Assembly (NCBI GenBank): GCA_945878405.1
Contig: CAMCTJ010000008.1
Location: forward strand, 30,625-94,624
Reading direction: 5' to 3'
DNA from: Bdellovibrio sp. ZAP7
GTDB taxonomy: Bacteria > Bdellovibrionota > FAC87 > UBA2466
DNA: 64,000 nucleotides
Part shown: positions 26,834 through 36,193 of the stretch, in pieces
Position numbering within the stretch: the stretch's first letter is position 1
How the letters are laid out: each line of letters begins with the position of its first letter
Notes under the pieces: generated by a model
Seen by the model: the letters and a program-made list of their open reading frames with translations, nothing else
Told to the model about the DNA's origin: nothing
Databases searched by the model: none
Program-made: the position numbers and the translations under genes

Positions 26834-28356
26834 GCTACTTTTTTCTTGGCCCAGCATTAGTGTTCTTAGGGGTTCTGTTTTTGGTTCCCATGGTCAATTT
26901 GTTGTTGCTGGGATTTCAGGGTTTTCATCATTCCATTTTTCAGGACACCTATCTTGTTTACGTTATTCAATTTACTTATTGGCAGGCTTTTGTGAGTGCC
27001 TCCCTAAGTGTGCTTGTGGGCTTTCTCTTCGCTTTTCTCATCAAAGAATGGAATGTTTTCGGAGGAAAGATTTTGTGGAAATGTGGATTGCTGTGCTCTT
27101 CGTTGCCATCAATTATTGTGGCACTGGGAATTTTGGGATCTTGGGGTAAGCAAACGACGCTTTTCGGTTGGAAAGGCCTTCTTTTGGGACATGTCTTTCT
27201 CAATTTTGCTATCCCTTTGAGACTGATTGGAAATGCTCTTTCCGATAGGGAACGCACATCAGAATTAACAGCGCAATCTCTGGGGATGTCGCGTTGGGGT
27301 GTTTTTTGTAACATTACGATATCGAGTATTCGACCGAGTTTGGTATCTTCTTGGATTTTAGCTTTTCTTTACAGTTCAACCAGTCTCTTTATCGTCTTGT
27401 TTCTAGGAGGCGGGCCTAGATTTACTACTTTGGAAGTCGCGTTGTATGAAGCAGTGAAACTGAATTTAGATAATGGCCGTGCTATTCAAATTGCTCTTCT
27501 TCAGGCTGGAGTCGGGGCTTTTTTATTTTTCTTTTATTTGAAATTACAAAAGAAGACCAATCTGGAATCAGACAGAGTTGATATCCAGTTCTTTGCTCCC
27601 AGGCGAGCTTGGATGAAAGGGCTTGGAGGATTATGCCTTTGGGGTCTTTCCTTTATGTGCTTGGGATTTCCCTTAGTTTCTATTTTTGTTGAGGGGCTGG
27701 GAGATTGGTCTTTTTTGGACGGTGCTGAGCTTCTTGAAGCGGGACTAACTACCTTTGCAATCGCGACTTCTGTGGTGGTACTCAGCATCTCAATTCTCTA
27801 CCCCTACTTACATTATCTTTATCAAGTGAAGCCCCAGGGAGAGACAAGCGGTTGGATTTGGTTGATTGCTATTCCCCAATTTTTTTCAAGCTTAGTCGTC
27901 GCTTTGGCCCTATCAGTTTTTTTTCCCCTAGTGCGAGAAGTTTCCTGGCTTTCCTACTTGGCAGTTGTCTCTACCCAAACGTTATTTGTGATTCCGCTCA
28001 TCCAATTCCCGCTGAGAGAGGGCTTCTTACGCATGTCAAAAGAGCGCAACTGGATTGCGCAAAGCTTGGGGGCGAGTGGTTGGCAAAGGTGGCTCTGGGT
28101 TGAACTTCCCTTTATGAAGAGGTCGCTGTTTTTATCTGCATTGATAGGGTTTGGGTTTTCGATGGGGGAAGTGATCAGCATTCTTTTGTTTTCTCCTCCG
28201 GGAATCAAGACCCTTGCAATGGGTATTTTTCAGGCAATGAGTCGATATCGATTTCAGGAGGCTCGAGCAACCACTGTGGTTTTGCTGGTTGTTATGATCT
28301 CTTTATTTGGTATAGCCGGTTATTTGGAGGATCGGGATGAATCAAGTGCTCGTTGA
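26830..28356 (+). CDS. thiP: Thiamine ABC transporter permease
   Basis: FTYWQA, GHVFLN, LGGGPRFTTLEV, two EAA-like loops; ATGA overlap with thiB. Confidence 0.85.
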   Translation: MSYFFLGPALVFLGVLFLVPMVNLLLLGFQGFHHSIFQDTYLVYVIQFTYWQAFVSASLSVLVGFLFAFLIKEWNVFGGKILWKCGLLCSSLPSIIVALGILGSWGKQTTLFGWKGLLLGHVFLNFAIPLRLIGNALSDRERTSELTAQSLGMSRWGVFCNITISSIRPSLVSSWILAFLYSSTSLFIVLFLGGGPRFTTLEVALYEAVKLNLDNGRAIQIALLQAGVGAFLFFFYLKLQKKTNLESDRVDIQFFAPRRAWMKGLGGLCLWGLSFMCLGFPLVSIFVEGLGDWSFLDGAELLEAGLTTFAIATSVVVLSISILYPYLHYLYQVKPQGETSGWIWLIAIPQFFSSLVVALALSVFFPLVREVSWLSYLAVVSTQTLFVIPLIQFPLREGFLRMSKERNWIAQSLGASGWQRWLWVELPFMKRSLFLSALIGFGFSMGEVISILLFSPPGIKTLAMGIFQAMSRYRFQEARATTVVLLVVMISLFGIAGYLEDRDESSAR

Positions 28357-29041
28357 GAATCTTTTGGTAAATCGAGCTGGCTTTCATTTGAATCTCGAAC
28401 GACTAGGGATTGAATCTGGGGAAGTTCTAGGCGTAATGGGTCAGAGCGGTTCTGGAAAATCTACCTTGCTTCAGGCCCTAGCAGGTTTTGTTCCGCTGGT
28501 TTCGGGAACCATCAAAGTTTTTGGAAATGAAATTAGTCAACTCTCTCCAGAGAAGAGAAAAGTGTCATTGGTTTTTCAAAAACCGTGGTTATTTGAGAAT
28601 CAAACTGTTTTGGAGAACATTGCTTTTGGATTGAAATTACAAGGGCTGTCTAAAAAAGAATTCCAAAAGACGGCAGAAGAGTGGCTTCGAAAAATGGAAA
28701 TTGAAGAATTAAAAGATCGCCGAGCGTGGGAAATTTCTGGCGGGCAGGCACAGCGAGTAGCTTTAGCGCGGGCGATGGCGGTGCACTTCCCGCTTCTTTT
28801 ATTGGATGAGCCATTCTCAGCTCTGGATTCACCTTTAAAGAAGGGACTCAGAAAGCTTGTGAAGCAATTGGTTCGAGACTCCGGTTTTTGTAGCGTTCTG
28901 GTCAGTCACGACTGGAGAGACATTGAAGAGGTCTGTCATAAAGTTCTTATTTTAAGTGAAGGAAAAGGGCTGGCCTACGGCACGGTTCACGAGGTCAGGC
29001 AGAATACCAACCCGCTGGTGAGAGCTATTTGCGAAGACTAA
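28337..29041 (+). CDS. thiQ: ABC transporter ATP-binding protein (ThiQ-like)
   Basis: GQSGSGKS, ISGGQAQR, LLLDEPF; operon context. Confidence 0.8.
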   Translation: MNQVLVENLLVNRAGFHLNLERLGIESGEVLGVMGQSGSGKSTLLQALAGFVPLVSGTIKVFGNEISQLSPEKRKVSLVFQKPWLFENQTVLENIAFGLKLQGLSKKEFQKTAEEWLRKMEIEELKDRRAWEISGGQAQRVALARAMAVHFPLLLLDEPFSALDSPLKKGLRKLVKQLVRDSGFCSVLVSHDWRDIEEVCHKVLILSEGKGLAYGTVHEVRQNTNPLVRAICED

Positions 29042-29966
29042 TGACTTTATTTTGAGTCAAAGATTCTGGCTTAGAAAGTTCCCAATGGGTTTTGTGGTTA
29101 TTTAAAGCTTTCAACAGAGCCAAATGAATGGCATGTCCTCCTCGAAAGCTAACCAGTTCTCCCTCGACCCATGAGCCACAGAGAGCTAAATCTCCCAAAG
29201 CATCAAGCCATTTATGGCGAACGCACTCATCTGAGAATCGCATTCCCTCAGGATTTAAAATCCCCTCTTCGGAAAATCCCAATACATTATCGAGTGATGC
29301 TCCGAGAGCGAGATTTTTTGATTTAAGTCTATCTAAATCCGAAAGAAAACCAAAAGTGCGCGCACATCCAATTTGATCTGCAAACGATCGCGGAGTTACG
29401 TCCATCGCAAATGTTTGCGCTCCAATTTGTGGATGATTAAAATCGATGGAGGTGGTTAAGCGAAGTTGTTTTCGCGGTAAAAGTTCACAAATCGCTCCGT
29501 GTTCATATACCTTGATAGGCTTTAGAATTCGTAAAATCTTGCTCGAGTAATCCTGAAGCTCAATTCCCGCATCTAAAATTCCTTCAATGAAGGGGAGCGC
29601 ACTTCCGTCCAGAATAGGAATTTCCGGACCTTGAACCTCAACTAAAACATTATTAATTCCTAGTGCAAATAGAGCCGCTAAGAGATGTTCCACAGTAGAC
29701 ACTCGAGATTCGGGAATGCCTTTAAGGCCCAAAGACGTTGCGAGAGAAGTGGACGTAACATAGTCGAAATGAGCTGGGATTTTGAATGATTGTTTTCCCT
29801 CGTTTTTAAGGAAAATAGTCCCCGTGTTGGGTTCACAGGGAATCAGTTGAATTGTTGATGGCAATCCGGAGTGAATCCCATGACCTTTAAAAACGCAGGG
29901 TTTGCGCAGAGTTTTTTGAACTCGATAACCCTCAGTTCCTGAAAAAAAATCAATCATGTTCGTCAT
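29025..29966 (-). CDS. lpxC: UDP-3-O-acyl-N-acetylglucosamine deacetylase
   Basis: QKTL, GIHSG, STVEHLLAAL, EIPILDGS, ARTFG, RHKWLD. Confidence 0.95.
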   Translation of the reverse strand: MTNMIDFFSGTEGYRVQKTLRKPCVFKGHGIHSGLPSTIQLIPCEPNTGTIFLKNEGKQSFKIPAHFDYVTSTSLATSLGLKGIPESRVSTVEHLLAALFALGINNVLVEVQGPEIPILDGSALPFIEGILDAGIELQDYSSKILRILKPIKVYEHGAICELLPRKQLRLTTSIDFNHPQIGAQTFAMDVTPRSFADQIGCARTFGFLSDLDRLKSKNLALGASLDNVLGFSEEGILNPEGMRFSDECVRHKWLDALGDLALCGSWVEGELVSFRGGHAIHLALLKALNNHKTHWELSKPESLTQNKVISLRK

Positions 29967-29993
29967 TCAGTTTGTTTTGGGAAACTTCCGTAA

Positions 29994-30009
29994 AGCAACT
30001 CGCATACCA
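29994..30009 (-). promoter_or_regulatory. Candidate sigma54 promoter for lpxC
   Basis: Minus strand TGGTAT-GCGAG-TTGCT, 27 nt upstream of lpxC start. Confidence 0.7.
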
Positions 30010-30217
30010 TCCCTAAGTTGGACAAAAAAATCAATCTTTTCCACGGTGCTCTGCGCCAATCACAACTCTGGATGGGTATTTAATGACACAAGTCCGTCTA
30101 TTTTCTGGGGGTTTTTAACCACACCTAAAAGACGTAATCAGTGATAATCTTTAATGATTGTTATCCCTATTTTGACTTCTGGTAGGCGCAATGGAACAGT
30201 CGAGAGGATCTCACACC

Positions 30218-31105
30218 ATGAAAAACTTAATTCGAAAAGCAGTGATACCTGTGGCTGGACTGGGCACTCGCGGACTTCCTTTCACCAAGGAAATTCCAAA
30301 GGAAATGCTGCCTATTATTGATATCCCAACGATCCAGTTCATTGTCGAGGAAGTGATTGCAGCTGGGATCGAGCAGGTCATTTTTGTTACCAGCCGGGGT
30401 AAAAATGCCCTTCAAGATTACTTCGATCTCTCCCCGGCATTAGATGGTTTTTTACGAAAAAAGGGGAAGAACGAACTTGCTGATAAACTTCAAAAAATTG
30501 GAACCCTTTGTGAGGTCTTGAGCGTTCGTCAGAAAGAGCCTTTGGGATTAGGGCATGCGGTACTTTGTGCCCAGCCAATCGTGGGTGATGAAAAATTTGT
30601 AGTTTGCTTAGGCGATGAAATTTTCCCCCCTTGGGATCAGTTGAATCGAGCTCGTCCACCGGTAAAACAGTTAGTGGAAACATCCCAAGAGTTGAACACC
30701 AGTACGGTCGGTGTGATGGAAGTTCCGATTAACGAAACGAAGTCTTACGGAATATTACGAATTTCTGAAGATAAGATTACTGACGCTCCAGTTAAGGTTT
30801 TGGGAACTGTCGAAAAACCAGAACCTGAAAAAGCGCCAAGTCGTTATGCCATCATTGGTCGCTATGTTTTTGATCCCATAATCTTCGATTATCTAGCGCG
30901 AACGCCAAAGGGGGCTGGCGGAGAAATCCAGTTAACTGATGCCATGACCCAGCTCTGCGATAAAGAAGGACTTCATGCAGTAAATTTAAAAGGCTGCAGG
31001 TACGATATTGGAAATCCTTTCTTCTATGTCAAAGCTCAAATCGACGAAGCTTTAAGAAGACCCGAGCTAGCTCGGCCTCTTCGAGAGTATCTAAAAACTT
31101 TATGA
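30218..31105 (+). CDS. galU: UTP--glucose-1-phosphate uridylyltransferase
   Basis: KAVIPVAGLGTR, PKEMLP, GLGHAV, VEKP, GEIQLTDA. Confidence 0.95.
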   Translation: MKNLIRKAVIPVAGLGTRGLPFTKEIPKEMLPIIDIPTIQFIVEEVIAAGIEQVIFVTSRGKNALQDYFDLSPALDGFLRKKGKNELADKLQKIGTLCEVLSVRQKEPLGLGHAVLCAQPIVGDEKFVVCLGDEIFPPWDQLNRARPPVKQLVETSQELNTSTVGVMEVPINETKSYGILRISEDKITDAPVKVLGTVEKPEPEKAPSRYAIIGRYVFDPIIFDYLARTPKGAGGEIQLTDAMTQLCDKEGLHAVNLKGCRYDIGNPFFYVKAQIDEALRRPELARPLREYLKTL

Positions 31106-31950
31106 AACATATTCGCCTTTTCTTTTTTATCAGTATCTGTTGTGCGTTGAAGACGCTTGCTTTTGTTCCCCCACTGACTGCAGTTTTTAAAGCTAACTTC
31201 GACGGAAGAAAACCGGGGCCTACGGAAACTGTTTTTCGACATCAGATTCAACTTAAGTCAGGTGAGAGCCTAGCAGTGGAAGAGAGGCTTGCCGAAATAG
31301 GAGGTAAAATCTATGTGATTTTTAGAAGTCCCTCCTATGGCGATGTGGGAGCAACACTGTCGAAAGGTTTCTATTCTTTCTCTGGTGATAAAAAGTTGCC
31401 CAGCCGCTCTCGAGCCTTGTTAAGCTTTTATACAGCATCCAATGGCGACCCATTCAGAGAAGTTCTGATTGATGAAAGAATGTTAAAAAGAGACCAGTTT
31501 TCCCAATATAAATCTTCCTTTACTCCCCAAGGTGATCCTGCCAGTTGGGACTTAAAGGAAAATTATGTGATTCACTCGGACCTTTACTTCTCCAGAACCC
31601 CGCAAGGGCCTGCCATCATTGCCGTAGGCAGCGAGGAGGGAAAAACGCGCAGAGCAGTTTTCTTTGACAAGGGAACTCTCCTGTTGAGCCGGCTCGAATG
31701 GAGAGAAGCGAATCAGGAAATCGCTTGGAACTTTCGAGGAAGTAAAAAGGTTTCAGGGGATGGCCTGTTTCCAGATGAAATGACGTTCTCAGTTGATAAT
31801 CGAGTAATCGTCCAGTCTAATCTGATTTCGCGTCAATTCTTAAAAGGTAAATCCAAGACCCAATGGTTGGATAAGTTTTCCGCAAGCTCCAAATCATCAA
31901 TGTCTCCTAATCTTGAGGAGGGGCTGAGAATTTTATTGGGCTACCGATGA
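31102..31950 (+). CDS. Exported hypothetical protein, beta-rich
   Basis: Signal peptide; ATGA overlaps with both galU and priA. Confidence 0.75.
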   Translation: MKHIRLFFFISICCALKTLAFVPPLTAVFKANFDGRKPGPTETVFRHQIQLKSGESLAVEERLAEIGGKIYVIFRSPSYGDVGATLSKGFYSFSGDKKLPSRSRALLSFYTASNGDPFREVLIDERMLKRDQFSQYKSSFTPQGDPASWDLKENYVIHSDLYFSRTPQGPAIIAVGSEEGKTRRAVFFDKGTLLLSRLEWREANQEIAWNFRGSKKVSGDGLFPDEMTFSVDNRVIVQSNLISRQFLKGKSKTQWLDKFSASSKSSMSPNLEEGLRILLGYR

Positions 31951-33962
31951 TTGTTGATGTAGTCGTTCCTTTTCGAGTTAACTCCTCATTTCACTATCGA
32001 ATCGATCCCGAATTGGGCAAGGAGATTAATGAGGGGAGTGTGGTGGAAGTCCCCTTAGGCACAAAAAAAACGCATGCTTTTGTAGTGGGGTTTCCCACAA
32101 AAACAGATGTTCCTGAGGAAAAGCTAAAGAACGTTTGCCAAGTATTGAAAAGCGAACCTGCTTTCGATGCGAACATGCTGCGATTGTTGCGGTGGACATC
32201 AGATTATTATTGTCATCCCTTAGGTGAGGTATTTGATGCTGCTATTCCTCGGTTGAATTTAAAACCAAGAAAACGGAAAGCTTCTACCAAAGCAAAAGAA
32301 ATTGATTTTGGGGTTCTTGGAAAAGAGAGCGCTCAAAAACCAGTTCTCACTCAAGAGCAAAAGCAAGCCCTGGAGGAAATATTAAGTCCTTCAGAGACAC
32401 GACCTGTTTTACTTCACGGAGTTACGGGGAGTGGAAAAACGGAAGTTTATCTTCGTGTCGTGGAGTCCATTCTTGGGGAGGGTAAAGGCGCTATCATTTT
32501 AGTTCCTGAAATCGCTCTCACCCCGCAATTGATGGGACGATTTGCGGCTCGTTTCCCAGAGCAGGTCGCCGTTCTTCACAGCGATCTAACGCCCTCAGAG
32601 CGATCTAAACAGTGGGAACGAGTTTTTAAGGGAGAGGCCCAGGTGGTGGTCGGGGCGCGGTCTGCCATTTTTGCACCTGTAAAAAAACTAGGTCTGATCG
32701 TAGTCGACGAAGAACAGGAAGCCTCTTTCAAACAAGAGGACTCTCTTCGGTATCATGCTAGAGATCTCGCTGTTGTCAGAGGAAAGTTTGAGAATGCTAA
32801 AGTTATTCTGGGAACTGCGACTCCCTCACTAGAGAGCTATGCAAACGCAACTTCCGGTCGATACTGTTATGTTCAATTGCTAAAAAGAGTCCATGAGCAA
32901 CCACTTCCTAAAAATTATTTAGTCGATGTGAAAGACAAGAGCCAATGGTATCAGGCAAGAACCCCCTGGCTGAGTCGATATTTAGTCGAACGTTTGGAAG
33001 AAACTCTTTCAGCAAAAAAACAGGCGATACTTTATTTGAATCGCCTCGGGTTTGCACATTTCTTATTTTGTCGCGACTGTGGACATACCTACCGCTGTAA
33101 AAACTGTGATGTCGCTTTGACTTACTATCAAACTCCTCCCAGCCTAAAGTGCCACTATTGCGGAATGCAGCAAGCCGTTCCAAAACAGTGCAGTGAATGT
33201 GAGGGGACAGAACTTGATTCCCTAGGTTTGGGAACAGAGCAAGTTGAACGGCAATTACAAAAAATCTTCCCTGGCGCCAGAATTGGGAGAATGGATCGGT
33301 CTCAAATTAAAAATAGAAAAGAATTGGAAAATATTCTTCAATCTATTTCTCGAGGAGAAATCGACATCATCATTGGCACGCAAATGGTGGCAAAAGGCCA
33401 TGATTTTCCCGGAATCTCCCTGGTGGGTATTTTAATGGCTGATGCAAGTTTGAATATTCCCGATTTTCGAGCTAACGAGCGCACCTTTCAAATTATTACT
33501 CAAGTTTCGGGGAGGGCTGGGAGAGCTGGGGATCCCGGGGAAGTGGTTATCCAAACACTTAATCCCCAACAACCCATTCTTCGATGGGCCAGTGAAAATA
33601 AGAGCTTGGATTTTTATACTACCGAGTTAAATGCTCGAAAGATGTTTGCCTTTCCCCCTTTCCAGCGACTCGCCTTACTTCGATTTCAACATACCGATCC
33701 CAATTTGGTTCACAAGTATTCGGAAGAAATAGCTCGTTTCCTCAGATCAGAGATTCAAAAAAATGGTTTTCAATGTCAGGTCTTAGGTCCATCAGAAGCG
33801 CCCATTTCTCGTCTCAAGAGCCTTTATCGCTGGCAATGTTTGGTCAAAGCGGCATCCGTTAAAGAGCTACAGGTTCTCTTAAAGAGAGTGAGTCAATTTG
33901 ATATGGCGGGAAAAAGCAAAGTAAAACTCGCAATGGATGTAGATCCGATTAACTCCCTTTAA
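31947..33962 (+). CDS. priA: Primosomal protein N'
   Basis: HGVTGSGKTEVY, LVPEIALTPQ, TATPSLES, two Zn-finger CxxC pairs, GTQMVAKGHDF, QVSGRAGR. Confidence 0.96.
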   Translation: MIVDVVVPFRVNSSFHYRIDPELGKEINEGSVVEVPLGTKKTHAFVVGFPTKTDVPEEKLKNVCQVLKSEPAFDANMLRLLRWTSDYYCHPLGEVFDAAIPRLNLKPRKRKASTKAKEIDFGVLGKESAQKPVLTQEQKQALEEILSPSETRPVLLHGVTGSGKTEVYLRVVESILGEGKGAIILVPEIALTPQLMGRFAARFPEQVAVLHSDLTPSERSKQWERVFKGEAQVVVGARSAIFAPVKKLGLIVVDEEQEASFKQEDSLRYHARDLAVVRGKFENAKVILGTATPSLESYANATSGRYCYVQLLKRVHEQPLPKNYLVDVKDKSQWYQARTPWLSRYLVERLEETLSAKKQAILYLNRLGFAHFLFCRDCGHTYRCKNCDVALTYYQTPPSLKCHYCGMQQAVPKQCSECEGTELDSLGLGTEQVERQLQKIFPGARIGRMDRSQIKNRKELENILQSISRGEIDIIIGTQMVAKGHDFPGISLVGILMADASLNIPDFRANERTFQIITQVSGRAGRAGDPGEVVIQTLNPQQPILRWASENKSLDFYTTELNARKMFAFPPFQRLALLRFQHTDPNLVHKYSEEIARFLRSEIQKNGFQCQVLGPSEAPISRLKSLYRWQCLVKAASVKELQVLLKRVSQFDMAGKSKVKLAMDVDPINSL

Positions 33963-34026
33963 ATGGCGGGCTGTGACATGAGCTTCTTCTTGTGAAAAAA
34001 CAGAGGCCATGATGAAATAAAGCATT

Positions 34027-34728
34027 GTGAAATCATTTCTTACATTTAGTCTCTTATTGGCTTTCGTCTCAACGGCAGTGGTTGCAGCAAACTTACCCCC
34101 CGCACCAACCAATCAGGCTGAGTTTGAAAAAGAATCAAGTTCGGTAGTACGGAACAAGCTGTATTACAAACCAGGGAAATTCGAATTAGCCGCAACCGGC
34201 GGCTTGATGCCTTACGATGATGTCAACAATCAGTACTTTATCGGGGGAAAGCTAGCGTGGCATCTGACCGATTCTTTCGGTTGGGAAATATTGGACGCTC
34301 AGAAAGCTTCCGCCTCTATTACCTCTTGGGCGAATAACTTAGTAAATGACAAAAACATTACCAATCTTCAAACGGCCCAACTGGATTATGTAGCGACTAC
34401 GAACCTTCTTTTCTCTCCTTTTTACGGAAAAATTCGAGTCTTTGGTTCTTCTCTGGTTTACTTTGATCTTTATACCGTTGTGGGAGCTGGATTAGCGGGA
34501 ACAAAAACGGTAAAACTCAGCAAAGGTAGTCCTGAGTCGACCATTCGAACTGGTTTGGATCCCGTTGTTGATTTTGGTTTAGGGTTTAAGTTTTTCTTAA
34601 ACCGATCGATGGGACTTATTCTTGATTTAAGAGATTACTTGGCGTTTTCGGAAACCTACGGAAAGCGATCACCAAAAAGCAACTATACCGTATTTGTTGG
34701 AGTTAATTTCTTCTTGCCGAGCTTCTAA
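34027..34728 (+). CDS. Outer-membrane beta-barrel, TIGR04565/GltA-B-H-like family
   Basis: VVRNKLYYKPGKFEL...WHLTDSFGWE...PFYGKI...FDLY...GAG pattern; aromatic C-terminus. Confidence 0.75.
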   Translation: MKSFLTFSLLLAFVSTAVVAANLPPAPTNQAEFEKESSSVVRNKLYYKPGKFELAATGGLMPYDDVNNQYFIGGKLAWHLTDSFGWEILDAQKASASITSWANNLVNDKNITNLQTAQLDYVATTNLLFSPFYGKIRVFGSSLVYFDLYTVVGAGLAGTKTVKLSKGSPESTIRTGLDPVVDFGLGFKFFLNRSMGLILDLRDYLAFSETYGKRSPKSNYTVFVGVNFFLPSF

Positions 34729-35506
34729 AGTAAAAGTACGCGCCAATCCCACTCACTGCCAGCATCAATAGGGATAAAATTTGGCCCATGCTAAGACCCA
34801 AAAACAAATACCCAATATGGCTGTCCGGCTCTCTGAAAAACTCGACCACAAATCGACTCAGACTGTAGCCAAAGAGAAAAACAAAAGATAGCTGGCCATC
34901 TCTTCTTAACTTTCCCTTCAAAAACCAAAGAACAGCTGACAGAACAACCCCTTCTAAGAAAAGCTCATAGAGCTGAGAGGGGTGGCGAGGAAGAGGGCCT
35001 CCGTCCTTAAAAACAACCCCCCAAGGTACGCTTGTGACTCTTCCGTATAGTTCACCGTTGATAAAGTTTCCAACGCGTCCAAGTACTAGACCCGGAGGTG
35101 TCGCTAAAGCCAGCGCATCCGTAAAATTCCAGAAGGGAAGCTTTCTTTTTCTGCAGAAGAGAACAGCAGCGAGGATTCCACCTATCAATCCACCGTGAAA
35201 TGAAAGTCCACCCTTGTAGGTTTCAAACAAATAAAGGGGATTGTTGATGAGGTTTTGCGAGTCATAAACTACACAATAAAAAATTCGAGCACCGATCACT
35301 GTTCCCATAAGAAGCCAAACAATAAACTGTTCAATGTCTTGCGGGGTGAACTTAAAACGCGATTCCTTTGCGAGCCGAACCAAAATCCACCTTGCGAGAA
35401 TGAAACCGCCAACATAAAGCAACGAATACCATCGAACCTGAAGCGGGCCCCAAATGTGAAGCAGAACCGGATCAATCTCTGGTTGTACAAAAGATGCTAG
35501 AGTCAT
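34703..35506 (-). CDS. lgt: Prolipoprotein diacylglyceryl transferase
   Basis: VRWYSL, GGLSFHGG, GRVGNFINGELYGR, RHPSQLYE, EFFREPD. Confidence 0.97.
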   Translation of the reverse strand: MTLASFVQPEIDPVLLHIWGPLQVRWYSLLYVGGFILARWILVRLAKESRFKFTPQDIEQFIVWLLMGTVIGARIFYCVVYDSQNLINNPLYLFETYKGGLSFHGGLIGGILAAVLFCRKRKLPFWNFTDALALATPPGLVLGRVGNFINGELYGRVTSVPWGVVFKDGGPLPRHPSQLYELFLEGVVLSAVLWFLKGKLRRDGQLSFVFLFGYSLSRFVVEFFREPDSHIGYLFLGLSMGQILSLLMLAVSGIGAYFYFRSSARRN

Positions 35507-35551
35507 AATGAAATCTTAACCGGAGTTATGTGTTCTCGTTAGCGAAATTTT

Positions 35552-36193
35552 CTAGTCGATAAAAAAGATAATTCCAGAAGAAAAACCGGTTTGAACTCTA
35601 AAGTTATCGAATGGAGTTACTCCCGCTTCTAAGTCAAAAGTAAGATCTGATTTCGGAGCCATTTTAATTCTCAGACCAGTACTGGTGCCAGCTCGGTATC
35701 TAAAAAGGGCAGGGGTAGTTTGCGAGGTATTTGCTACTGATATTCTGGAAAAGAGATAATCAACCCTCTGAGAAATTCCTGCGTGCCATAAAAGACCACT
35801 CTTCATAACTAAAGCGTAAGAGACTCCCAGGCCGGCTTCTAGGACATTTTGAGTAATGGAAATATCTCCCTCGCTCTGAGGCTTTAGAAAATAACCAAGG
35901 GATGGCTTTAAGAAAAATCTGGGGGCTAAAGGATAAATCAAATTGGCTCTCAACCCATAAAGGAGCTGCAATCCCGCAATATCCCCAGAAGAGGAGTTTT
36001 TCACTCCGATTGTTCCCATCTCAAAGCCGATGGCGGTTAATTCAGAGCGATTAGATTTTTTTTGAATTTGAAGACGACCTGTTTGGGGGAAAGTACTCGC
36101 TTGTTCTCGAGCCGGAAGCAGGGGAGGTGGGGTGCGTAGTTTGGCCTCAATAGGAAACGCTACGAAAGAAATCAAGAGAAGTGCCCGAATCAT
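35552..36193 (-). CDS. Outer-membrane beta-barrel protein, unknown function
   Basis: Signal peptide, amphipathic strands, C-terminal GIIFFID; ATGA coupling to upstream gene. Confidence 0.6.
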   Translation of the reverse strand: MIRALLLISFVAFPIEAKLRTPPPLLPAREQASTFPQTGRLQIQKKSNRSELTAIGFEMGTIGVKNSSSGDIAGLQLLYGLRANLIYPLAPRFFLKPSLGYFLKPQSEGDISITQNVLEAGLGVSYALVMKSGLLWHAGISQRVDYLFSRISVANTSQTTPALFRYRAGTSTGLRIKMAPKSDLTFDLEAGVTPFDNFRVQTGFSSGIIFFID

